Part shown: positions 38,683 through 50,890 of the stretch, piece after piece | Layout of the letters: each line of letters begins with the position of its first letter | How positions within the stretch are numbered: position 1 is the stretch's first letter | From: Magallana gigas | Lineage: Eukaryota | Direction of reading: 5' to 3' | Assembly (NCBI RefSeq): GCF_963853765.1 | Contig: NC_088859.1 | Coordinates: 19,840,001-19,904,000, forward strand | Length of the DNA stretch: 64,000 bases | The notes under the pieces: model-generated | The model's database searches: none | Told to the model about the DNA's origin: nothing | What the model saw: the letters and a program-made list of their open reading frames with translations, nothing else | Position numbers and translations under genes: made by a program

Positions 38683-39613
38683 GAATAAATATAGCTCGCC
38701 TTGGCTCTGGGTAAAAGTTTGTCAATATTTCACGTTTTCACCCTGATCCATGGGTCAATTTCTTTTTGTAAGGGTATAGTTTCCAGAGACAATTAGAATT
38801 ACTTTAGAACTCGCCTGAGCCAAAGGATAAAGTGAGCTTCTAATTTTTAAAATTTGTCCGTACTTTGTCATCATTTTGATGTAAAGAGGTAAAGCGCCAT
38901 TTCCCATTATTTCGCCAAAAGCAGTGTTTGGACGGAAAGTACCTGTTACTAAACATAGCTTCAGGTACCTAGCTTTCAAAACCTGTATACACTGTACTGA
39001 TTTTATAATGATGTCTGTAACAACTGATTTGTCATAAATTCGGGAACTCTGTGTATAACGGTAGTTGATATTCTGAATCGTGATAAGTTCAAGCAAAATG
39101 CAATGGATCTAAGTGTAAATACTGTTGATGAAGAGATCTATATATACTGGGTGTGCTCATACTCAGTCTGAATTAAAAAAGATATTTTTTTTAAAGATCC
39201 AGAAGAATAGATACATGTAACTTAACCTCTCTATTCTGTTCATGTTTCAATTTAAGTGAAAAAAAATTCTACTTTGTGGATTCTATCCAGCGACCACAAA
39301 ATCAAAAAGACCTCCGCGTTACCACTAGACCTCGCATCTAATATTTTCAGCATATGTATTTTCAATATATATGGCTATATACAATTGTATATTGTAATAG
39401 AAAAGACATTAATTGAAACATTTGTCTAATTTTCAGTACGAAGACCACGTTAAACAAAAACTAATTCAATGTAAACGTGTACTACAATACCTGTAGAACA
39501 CAATTTTAATCAGATGTCTTTGGTTTAAAGTAGTTCAAATAGTCAAATATCCAATTTTTTATCGTATACTAACTACTTTCCTATATATCCCTAACAAAAC
39601 CTGAATATTTTAA

Positions 39614-40108
39614 AGGGGCATGGTCACGATTTTGGTCAAAAATTATTTTTCCAATTTTAATGTTTACAATGCTATAGAAAGGCATTTTTAATAGGCAACC
39701 AAAATTTGTGTGTCATTCGTTGAGTTACAGTGTATAAGGGAGTTACAGAGCTTGCAATTCTTTGCTATGTACACAAAGCTTTTGTTTACAGTTTGAATGT
39801 GGAAGTGAAAATTCCAGTTTTAGACCTAAAATGAATGTGTTAAACGTTAGAAACTGTTTATTTATGCTAAAAATGGATAAGAAGATAGACAATTCAGCTT
39901 GAAAAAGATTTTTACTGCTCTATTGAATCTATGTAAACAAAAAAGGGCACGAGTCTTGTTTACATGACAAAGAATTGTGAGCCCTTATCTTGCTTAACTT
40001 TACAACTGACTCTCAGATTTCATTTGATCATTAGAAATTCTTTTCTTAAACATTGTTAATAATGAAAACAGAAAAATATAATTTGACCAAAATCGTGACC
40101 ATGCCCCT
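39614..40108. mobile_element. TTAA-flanked MITE (Kolobok-like)
   Basis: TTAA|aggggcatggtcacgattttggtcaaa ... tttgaccaaaatcgtgaccatgcccct|TTAA, a perfect 27-bp TIR. Confidence 0.85.
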
Positions 40109-40199
40109 TTAATGATGTAGTGTAAAATAATTAAAACTTTTAGAGCATTGTGATTGTGTAATTTGCGTTTTTTTTGGTTATATTTAAGTTTGTTCAAAT

Positions 40200-40726
40200 G
40201 AGGGACTAGGTGCCCTCTAAATGAAAGAATATATAGAGTTATTGAAAATTTCTTGGTATATTTCAAAAATCTCAAAGCCTTTGGCAAGAAAAATGAAACT
40301 TTTGTAGAAGCATCCTTAGGTAGTGTATATTAAAAATTGTTCAGATCATAAACCCCAGATATTGGGTGGGACAACGATGTGGGTCGAAAATAACATAGGA
40401 ATAAAGAAAAATCCTCTCAAAAACCGTTCGGCAAGAAAAGCTGTAACTTGTGTGGAAGCATCTTATGTATTGTAGATTCAAGTTAGTTTTAATCATGATC
40501 CGTAGGGGTATGGCAAGGCCACAATGGTGGGGGGTGGGAAATTTTTTAATTGGAATAGAGGAAAACTTCTCGACTCTGTGATTTCTACTGTTTATGACAG
40601 AACGTCACAACATGGCACTTTTAACGATAAACCATTGTAAAACAGTTTTATATCGCCTTATTTTGTCAAATTTTTCTCCTAAAATTGAAGTTTCAGGTGA
40701 GCGATGTGGCTCCTCGGCCTCTTGTC
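40200..40726 (+). mobile_element. 5'-truncated HINE-type element
   Basis: Decayed Cg170-like units followed by the 3' end ttcaggtgagcgatgtggctcctcggcctcttgt. Confidence 0.6.
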
Positions 40727-42195
40727 CCAATCAGTTTTTAAACTTTTATTTATAAAAAAAAAAAACAAAAAAAACTCTGCAAAATATTGAACTATTTCAG
40801 GTACCATATGAGATGCAGTTTTTTTATAAGCGTCATTTATTTCGACTTTTCTTTAATTACCGGACCCATTACAACAAAACTTGGCACAAAACATCTTCAG
40901 CTGAAGGGGAATATTTAAGATTGTAAATCAACCGTTTTCAAAGTGGAGATATTTTTTTTAATCCAAAAAATATGAAGTGTGTCTTAAAAATATATATATA
41001 TATATTTGTGCTTTTACAAAGTCATTGATTCTAAAAACTCCAAGCGTACTACACTAATTTCGTGTATTTTCTACTGATTTCAGAGTTGTCTAACCTTGCT
41101 GCAGGGATTCTTGTAACGTTAATGGGGCCTAGACACGATTTCAGACGATTTTTTTTTATGTATAGAATAGTTAACTTGTCAAGATGTCGGATAAGTCTCC
41201 CCCTCCCCACGATATTGTTTATAGCGAGCGCAGCTCGCCGGCGCGCAGCGCCGGCGCGAAGCGAGCTCTACCGGCAAGGCGTGTGTGAATAGAAAATTCG
41301 GACTAGTTGCACATTCATTCAACGGATTTTTTTGGCGTCAGTAAATCGGACCAGTAATGCATCGTTTTAATCGTCCCAGTAGTTCCCTGTAATCATGGCA
41401 ATTTTTATCACTTCACACTCTCACGAGAATCAGCAAGACAAATTTAGACAGTAAAAACAATAACGATGTAAGCGACATACAGTCAATGTTACCTCTAAAG
41501 TTCACCTCAGTACACTTTCAATCAAAAATAATCGTGTGACGTCACAAACGTTTACACATTGATCCTATATATTTTTTCGGAGTCAGTAAATTTTGACCCA
41601 CAATTCATAGTACCAATGGTTTCCAACCTCACGTTCCAACATCACGTTCTCCCGAGAATCAAAGTAAAACCTTTGAAAAGCTTATAAGATGTGTAATTTT
41701 AAGAACATCATGCTTTTTAAGTAAATAAAACAGTATACTTCGCATACTTTTATTTCTCAGGGGAGTTTTAAAGAGTAAGACGACACTTAACCAACGTCAG
41801 CTTTGACGTCACAATAAGCACTGATAAGGGGAAATTACTCTAATTGAAGTTATTGTAAATCTGCTGAAATTACCAAAATCCTCTCAAAATCTTGCAAAGG
41901 CTAAGATAAAGAACAGCTGACGAATAAGGACATTTCTTCAGATACAGGAAACAGTTGTAAATTGCTCTAATTTGGATGAATGCTCACAAATATTTTATTC
42001 ACTATAATTACGGTAATTTCCTGAAACGTAACGTTATACGTAGCAGCGCTTTTTTAAAAGGGGGTGGGTGGGTGGATGGCAGCCTCATCCAAAAAATCTT
42101 TGCAAGCAAAAAGAAAAATAAATCATGAAAATTATAATCCTTCAGCTCTTTAGCAGTTCAATGGTTTCTTTATTTTCACTTCCATTTATTACATG

Positions 42196-42229
<34 letters not shown>

Positions 42230-43111
42230 AACACCATGTTCTTTTAACATGATAAGCAAATATTTTTAAGCGTAAACTAAAAATAAAATTAAACATTAAT
42301 TCTTTTTTTTTGAAGTGGAGGGGCAAATCCATGGTAAGTCGATTTTCTATGTATAAATTGACAAAAATGAAAAAAATTTTAGCATGGGGGGAGCTCTATG
42401 ATGAGTCAAGTTTTATATGTAAGTTTAAGAAAAAATGTCTACTGCAAAAAAAAAAAGGGGGGAAATCAATCAATCAATCATAATCACAATCACTTTAAAA
42501 GAGGAGATGCAGTGCAATGAATATTTATATATTAAAATCTTTATTATTTAACAACATTCTATCTGAGATTAAAGTATTGTTCTACATATAAAAAAATAAA
42601 TTATAACAAATCTTATAAACTATGAATAATGAAAATTTACTGAAAAATAGGTATGTTTTATTTTTTGGCATTCAAATTTCACGTTGTTAATTTTATTTTT
42701 ATTGATTTATTATAATTGATTGTTTGATCACATGCTGTGCTCGCCCCAACGGTCGCACCGTAAAACATATTAAATTTTACTTATACGGTTTGCAAATATT
42801 TTCCAAACTAAAACTATATAGTAAATATTATTGCAATTATTTTGAAACTATATTTAGTATAATATATTTTCAGAAAATAGAGTAGATAATTTTTTTTAAA
42901 AATAGAAAAAAAATATTGCAAAAATAATTTTAAAATTTATACCAAAAAATCACTACCCAAACATTTTTTCACATTATTTTCAATCGGGTGTGCACGTGGT
43001 TAAAATCAACGTTTCCAAGACTGACGTTTTCGATTGTGACGTCACAATTACTTTCAAGGAAAGAACGCAAACAGCTGTGTGCAACAAAAGGAGATATCTA
43101 CAAAGGAAAAT

Positions 43112-45076
43112 ATGGTAATTTCTTTAATTTATTCAGAACCTAATGCAGATACAGTGATGCAGATTAAATATTTTGGTATGATAACACTGAATGAAAAATA
43201 TTTGACTCACTTGGAAATCTATTTCATAGGATTTGAAGAAGAATGACAGAGGTGATGGAATTGAGCGAGAAATTCTGAAGAATGAGACAGACAGTTTGAT
43301 CGAGACAGAGGTACTAGAAGTCCTCGGATTTCTCAAATATGTGTTAAATAACAGCTTAATAGATTTGATTCAAACATTTTAATTACTTTCGAAAATTAAG
43401 TAAATTCAATCAAATTTTAAAATTATGGTACAAAAAAGCTAGATAATGCAATAATGCATAAAATTTTAGAGGGAAATACCAGCAAAAGAGACCGTTGTTT
43501 CCAACGAAGCAAAAACGAAAGATGTCAGCTCAGAGTTTAAGGCAAAAGAAGCATGTCGGGACTGGTTGAAATATTACAATCAACCAAATTTCTTTGAAGT
43601 GAGTACAGTTAATCTTTCAGTTTTTAAACTCGATCATAAAAACACATTTGTGGTTGGAAACAACAATACTGATTGGTTTCATACAATATTTTCACATCAG
43701 CCCTTCCCCGGTGGTGAAGCTGTACAAGAATTCAGAAGATGGGAGCAGAGCGTAAGAAAACAACAACTGAGCCAAGCCCTCGTCCCTTTTATGGTGAGTT
43801 TATAATTCTCTTCCAAGTTAATCAATATCCTTACAGGAAGGGGCTAATTATTATCATAACTCCTCTGATTTTTCATTTGAATTTGAGCTCTTGTATCTCA
43901 AAAAACAAATTTCACAACTGTATAGGAGAAGAATGAAGACCCAACGGACGGAGACAGCAAGGTCAAATCATCTGAGGTCAAGGACGTCATTGAAAGTGAT
44001 GTAAGTACCACAACTTATATGAAGACAGTCCCGGAATAAACTAGTTATGATAAATAAGTTATAAATTATCGTAAGACAGTAATTAAAATGATGATAATAT
44101 TGGGGGGGGGGGGCTAGTAAAATTAATTGATATTACGGGGAAAATAATTATAATCATAATACAGTCTGTCTTATCACGTAGTATGAATTTTTTCAGGATG
44201 AAGAGTTGAATCCGCTCTTGAAACTGATGCTTCAACCGACAATTTACATCTGGGAAAATTTCGAGGACCAGGTATTTTGATTAATTTTTATTTTATTCAA
44301 ATATTATTTGATTCTACTTTTTAAAACGTAAAACTTACACGTATTAGGACTAGAAACGTAGAACTTTAGAAATTTTCTACATGATGAAATTCCTTTAATT
44401 TTTGTTTAACATTAATAATATTGTGAATATTTTTTTCCCACAAAAAAGAAGCCACTGAAGTGGTTCAGTGAGGACACCCAGAAGACTCCAAGTGACGTGA
44501 GGGCAGATGCTGGGTTCTCAGACCCCTGGGGTGTGCCGGGGGAGTGGGGCGAGGCAACAGAACCAGCACAGGTGAGAATACAGACCACTTTATGTACAGT
44601 GTTTGATTTTAATAGTCAAAACCACAATTAAATGATATTTTGAAATTTAATGTTATCAATTCATGATGCAATATTCACGAAATCTTATATTTTTGAACAG
44701 GAGTGCACTGTCAAGAAAGAAAAGAGGAAATGGTTCTCTTGCAAATCCTTGCGTAAAAGCGTAAGTATAATATTATTCATATTATGAATAAAAACTACAT
44801 TCTGTTTTAACTTGCAATTGCTTGCACGCTAAAACCAACAGATTGCAAAGGATATTCAGTAACATATTCAATATCGCGTACCTGTAACCGGCGTCATTTG
44901 TTAACCAGTAACTATAGGCTTCCCCACGAACGTTCGTGAGGAGCCGTGCGGATCAGAAACCCTTGGCTAGCGAAATTGGGCGGGTTCTTGTCTAACATAC
45001 ATGTAATTTATTTTTTCATTTGTAGAGGAAAGAAAAGAAGAGAGCTCCTGGATTTCTGGCCAGATTTTTCCGCTGA
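43112..45076 (+). CDS. Uncharacterised 229-aa protein, 9 exons, all introns phase 0
   Basis: Exons 43112-43114 (ATG only), 43230-43310, 43470-43598, 43701-43793, 43926-44000, 44197-44271, 44449-44571, 44701-44760, 45026-45076. Canonical GT-AG sites, every exon a multiple of 3, one open frame; AATAAA at ~45145. Confidence 0.78.
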
Positions 45077-47012
45077 ATGATTTTTCCACCGTTGGACAGT
45101 TTTGAAAATAATGTTGGAATATTTCCACTTCCTCTAAAGAAAACAGACATTTCCATCAATATTATGCATATATTTAAAGAATCATTGTGAAATTTTTAAT
45201 CATGAATAAACTGATGAATTAATTGTATAAAATATTGTATTGTCTTTACGCGATTAAGTACCTTACCTTCTAAGTGTTAGGTACATGTATAACACAATAC
45301 AGCCAGATTTTTGTGGAGACGCTAATAAAAACTGCAGAAAAAAATAGATAACCTGCGTTAAGAGTAAATACGTGTAAATACCTTCTTAACGCGCGTGAAT
45401 CACCAAAGAAAGCATTTTATTGTTTAATATATTAACATCTTTCTTTTAACTAATTAATAAATTGATTACGAAAAGTAAGTAAAATTCACTAAATTACTGT
45501 TAATGTACGTACTAGTAAGTACGTTAGCTAAAAGAAACAGCCAAATCGTCTCCTGTGAGACTTTGAGTCTGACTTCATCATGATTATTTCGTGCAGTCGG
45601 TGACATTTCTTAGGTCGCTGTAGGTTTCGACCAATCGATGAACAGAGCGTGTCAATTTCAGTCCTGTCAGTTACTCGCCAGTTTCAGCCGCTGTAGATTT
45701 CTACCAATCGATAAACAGGGCGTGTAAATTTCAGTCTGGCTGTTTCTATTGCGCTATGAATTAACTTTTTAAGTTTCCATAAGAAATAGAGGGAATAATA
45801 CTTGGTAGATGTAAATATTAAACTTTAATACGCTGTGCGTGTATTTTTCACTTTTCACTCAAGTTCTATTTGAAATGATGCCTTCTTTAAAATATAACAG
45901 TATTAAAAATATGATATGACAAATGAATTAAACAAATTCTGGGCTGTGTTTTTCAATGCTTTTTTCTTCTTCCTAAAAATGATGTGCATTCAATTTGATT
46001 TATATATTGGTAATTGGACTGCATCATCGGTTGTCTCCCTTCCTTTCCCAGTGATGCTAGGAGTAGATCATATTCAAAAGTGTTTAGAAAAGTGTTTAGA
46101 AAAGAATGTAAAAACTTAATTAATATGGCTAAATATCGATGTCCAGATTTTGTCATTTTTTCATAATTTTTTCCAAAGTGCGTTAGGTGCCTTCATGATA
46201 AAAAATGTGCGTTGTCAAAGTGTTTTCGTTTTGTCCCCAAAAATTTAACGCACATTGAAAAAAATTCAAACTGCGAAATTTTGTTCGAAGTGCGTTGCCA
46301 CAGTGCATTATCACAGAAAATTCTGATTTTTATATTTTTGTTATTCTGCCCCTTTAATATAAATTAATGCTGTGTTTATGTATCATTATACACTGCCATC
46401 AGATCCATTTTTATAATTACTAGTATATAGTATGATCAAGCAATGTGGTAGCCTGCGGTATGTGAACTTGCTCCCTTTTCCCCTATCCATAACTGTATGT
46501 TGAATGAAATTTGCTTCTCTCCATGGAAATTACCGGTCTGAGAGTCAGTTTCAACAAACTTGAATTTACTACTATTTAAACAAGCTTTCCTGTAAACAAT
46601 TCATTTTTGGTAGAGCAGTTCTTTAAAAGAATGTTTTTTTTAAGACCCACACCTTATTTTCATCTTCGTATATAAATAAGATGCCGTGGTTCAATTCAAA
46701 CTTGACAGGCCCTGATTTAAGCTTCCTTAAAATTAGATAAATTGGTGTGAAGTAGATAAAAATATATGAAAAGCTAAGAAGACTGGGTGATTGTGGCCAT
46801 TTTTAAGACCATGTAAATCTCCTTCGGAAGGAGAACTTTGTATAAAGATATAGAAAAATATTCAAACTTTTAAGGTAAAACAGAAAGTTTTCTTTACTAA
46901 TTAACAGATTATGTCTTAAAAAAACATATTTAAAATTTTAAGATCTATTTAATAGTTAAATTGACCACCCTGCCTCAATAATACAAGCAGACACAGACAG
47001 CCCACGTCAGCT

Positions 47013-48793
47013 AAAACAAGAGGCCAATTGGCCTTAACGGTCACCTGAGTAGCATATATCCAATACACAAACTTGTCATGGAGTCTCATATATGCATCTA
47101 ATTAATTAGGTTTCATACTGGAGTACAAAAATTATAAATTTGTAATGACAACCACATTTAATTCAAAAAGAACTGTGAAACCTATAATGTTGGTGAAAAA
47201 CTAAAAGATCTGGTCTACAAAATAATGAATATAACAACATATGCATTAACATCTATACATCCATTTTGGCCCTGCCCTAGAGTCAAAACCCATACCCCAG
47301 GGGACATGAAAATTAAAATTTCAGTAGAGGACTTCCTGGTAAACATAATTATTAGTCGGTTTTTTTTTATACAGATGTGTGAGAATAGAGAAGAAGATTT
47401 TTAAACATTATATGCATTAACACTTTATTGCCATATTGCCCCCTCATGTCCTGAACCCCTGACCCTGGGGCCATGAATTTCACAATTTAGGTAAAGGAGA
47501 TTGTGGATATCATAACCATGTAGTCAGTTTTTTGCCCACATGTGTGGGAGTAGAGAAGAAGATTTTTTAAGATTTAAATCATTTTTACTATATGGCCATA
47601 TTGGTCCCACCCTAGAGCATGAACACCTAACAAAAGGGTCATGAATTTCACAATTTTAGTAGAGAGCCTCATGGACATCATAATCATGCATTTAGTTTTT
47701 AACAAATATATATGGGAGTAGAGAAGAAGATTTTCTAAGATTTAATACATTTTTACTATTTGGCCATATTGGCCCCACCCTAGAGCCTGAACCCCTGACT
47801 GAGGGGTCATGAATTTCACAATTAAGGTAGAGGGCTTCATGGACATCATAACCATGCATTTAGTTTTTAACAAATATATATGGGAGTAGAGAAGAAGATT
47901 TTCTAAGATTTGAAACATTTTTACTATTTGGCCATATCGGCCCCACCCTAGAGCCTGAACCCCTGACCCAGGGGTCATGAATTTCACAATTTAGGTAGAG
48001 GGCTTCATGGACATCATAATCATGCATTTAGTATTTAACAAATATATATGATAGTAGAGAAGAAGATTTTCTAAGATTTAATACATTTTTACTATATGGC
48101 CATATTGGCCCCACCCTAGAGCCTGAACCCCTGACCCAGGTGTCATGAATTTCACAATTTAGGTAGAGGGCTTCATGGACATCATAATCATGCATTTAGT
48201 ATTTAACAAATATATATGATAGTAGAGAAGAAGATTTTCTAAGATTTAATACATTTTTACTATTTGGCCATATTGACCCCACCCTAGAGCCTGAACCCCT
48301 GACCCAGGGGTCATGAATTTCACAATTTAAGTTGAGGGCTTCATGGACATCATAATCATGCATTTAGTTTTTAACAAATATAAATGATAGTAGAGAAGAA
48401 GATTTTCTAAGATTTAATACATTTTTACTATATGGCCATATTGGCCCCACCCTAGAGCCAGAACCCCTGACCAAGGGGCCATAAATTTCACAATTTTGGT
48501 AGAGGGCCTCATGGACATCATAACCATGCATTCAGTTTTTTCCTCACATGTGTGGAAGTAAAGAAGAAGATTTTTGAAAATTTGGCTTTTTTTGCATATT
48601 TGGCCCCGCCCGTGGCACCCCAGGGGTGGTAGAGCCATAAATTTCACAATTTAGATTCTTCTTACCATAGAGATGCTTCACACCAAAAATGGTAACGATT
48701 GGCCTGGTAGTTTTCAAGAAGAAGTTAAAAATTGTAAAATTGTTAACGCACGACGCACGACGCACAACGCACGACGACGGACGAAGACCAATT

Positions 48794-48827
<34 letters not shown>
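47013..48827 (-). mobile_element. HINE-type element with ~8-9 tandem ~169-bp satellite-like units
   Basis: Ends aaaacaagaggccaattggccttaacggtcacctgag and perfect hairpin aggtcacctgag-tga-ctcaggtgacct; (gcacgac)n microsatellite; gagaagaagatt recurs every ~165-170 bp from ~47389 to ~48563. Confidence 0.88.
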
Positions 48828-50890
48828 TGAGAACGATAAAAGAAGAAAACAAGTTTATATCATTTATTTTTTTTCACATGATAATAATTATTTACAAATC
48901 TTTCAAATGCATACAATATCCTCATTATAAAATAATATGAATGTATACATGGAGAACCGTGTTTTGGTCAGTATCATTTGGCAATAACTGTTCGAGAGAA
49001 CAAAACAACTAAAGTGAGAAATTATTTTTTCAAAATCTCCGTAAAACGGCAACTGATGAAAAAAAAAACCCCCAAATCTTTGGTCAAAAATCAAAATCTA
49101 ATTGTTTTCAATGCAATAAATTATTTAGCTTAAATAGTTGATTCCCTTTTAATTTAATGGACTGCATATTGATATTGGACACATTTAATCTATTAGAGTT
49201 TTGAGAGGAAAAAAAGTAGTCTCCCTTTGTATGAGATTTCAGAGAATGCAACACATTAAATATTGATTTATTAAATGTGTTCACTAGCACCTTCATAGGG
49301 TTTTAAATGTGACAAATTATCCCTTTAAGAATTTGCTATATGATACATGCAGTTTTGAATGAATGACATATAGACTTGGCCACATCATCATTCCATCATA
49401 ATTTCATCACTTTTTTTGTAACATTGCACAAATTCTAATAACCTTATTAGCACCTTCCACACAGCACAAGGACAAACAAAACAATTTTTGGACAATATCT
49501 CACCCCTCATTCTTCACTCTCTCTCATTTGTCCTTCTCTCACTCTTTTTTTATTTTATAACAAATGCACACTACTCTGAAGACTAGCATACCAAACAGGT
49601 GAGCACCTCGCACAAGCCTACAATTAATTAATGATTAATCAATGATTAATTAATCAATTAAAGAGTTTTTACTGAACAAATGAAATGATGGGGTTTGAAC
49701 AAAATCCAAGCCGATATAAGTTCTATCAGGGAATAAATAAATCCGACATCATAATACACAGTGAAAGACAAACATTGTTTTAAATTCATTTCATAAGAAA
49801 TTCATTCATACAATTCTTTTTTTTTTATCATGTTCCATATTCTCTTCTGAATAGAATGTACATGTATTTCATTTCTTTTGAAGTTAGATGCACAATGTGT
49901 GTTGTGCACATGCATCATATCAACACACATATACACATAATGCATTACATGACTAGATCAAGAGTTCACCTTAATGATAATTAACATGAATGTAACAGAA
50001 TCTGCTTTCCTTTCTTCGAAGATTTGCAATCCATGAAATAATACAAAATGTAGCTTCAATTATGTAATAAACAGCTTTCTAAATCATTAATTTATCAGCA
50101 GAAAGTTTTTAAAATGAATAATGGATTTTTATCTTCTGTGTACATTAATTTTTTTTGGCAATGTAACTCATGCACATGTGTGACACATATTTCTTTAAAA
50201 TCACAGTCAGCATGTAGTACATGTTTTTTGAAATTGTCCATGATGTTTAACCATGGCAGAAAAAAACAAAAAAATATCACATCATAAAACGGAACACAAG
50301 GGTAACTTCCCTTTGGTCCTTCTCTTTCAGTCTCTTTGCTGTAGCACTTAAGATATAAAGAACAACAAAATCGGCATACTGCTTTGTAATATTGCATTGG
50401 AACAGCTGCTCTGATTTCGTTTTGTCTTTCTTTCCTTTGGCTTAGAGAGGAAAGCACCAGGAATTTTAAAAAACAAACTACATCGGTAGCCTTTAACCAT
50501 ACCACACCATATCTTTTCATCCCAACTTAGAATTGTCAAATATTTTACTCTGGTAAAGGGATTTATAGAGTATGATGGTATGTAATAAATATTTGGTCCT
50601 AGCCTCTTCACCCTAGTGAAGTCACTAGCTTCAAGCCTCTGTAATCAACAAGCAGCAATAGCTTGTTCTACTGCAATAATGGGCAAGTTTCTAGCTTTAA
50701 TCCTCCTTGCTTCCAGGAATAGGGCTCAACCATCACGTATATCAATGCAAAATTGTTTTTTGTTAACATCGATGGGAGTTTTTCGATCCCTGGGGTTTGG
50801 ATTTCTGAATTCCTTTTGTTTTTCTTCTTTTTAAAAATTTTTTTTACACAGGGACAGTCCTGCTGCCCTGGAAGTCAAAAGTCGGTGGGA

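Noticed and set aside
42196-42227. Poly-G run as a functional G-quadruplex (also poly-C at ~22389)
   Set aside because: Homopolymer runs are common in this genome type and their length is unreliable in assemblies.
43739-43936. ATG at 43739 as the start of the orphan gene
   Set aside because: That frame hits TGA early in the next exon; the other frame is open across all exons.
47742-48940. ORFs inside the satellite arrays (also 36737-37800)
   Set aside because: Translations of tandem repeat units without protein signatures; no Rep/helicase or transposase is present.
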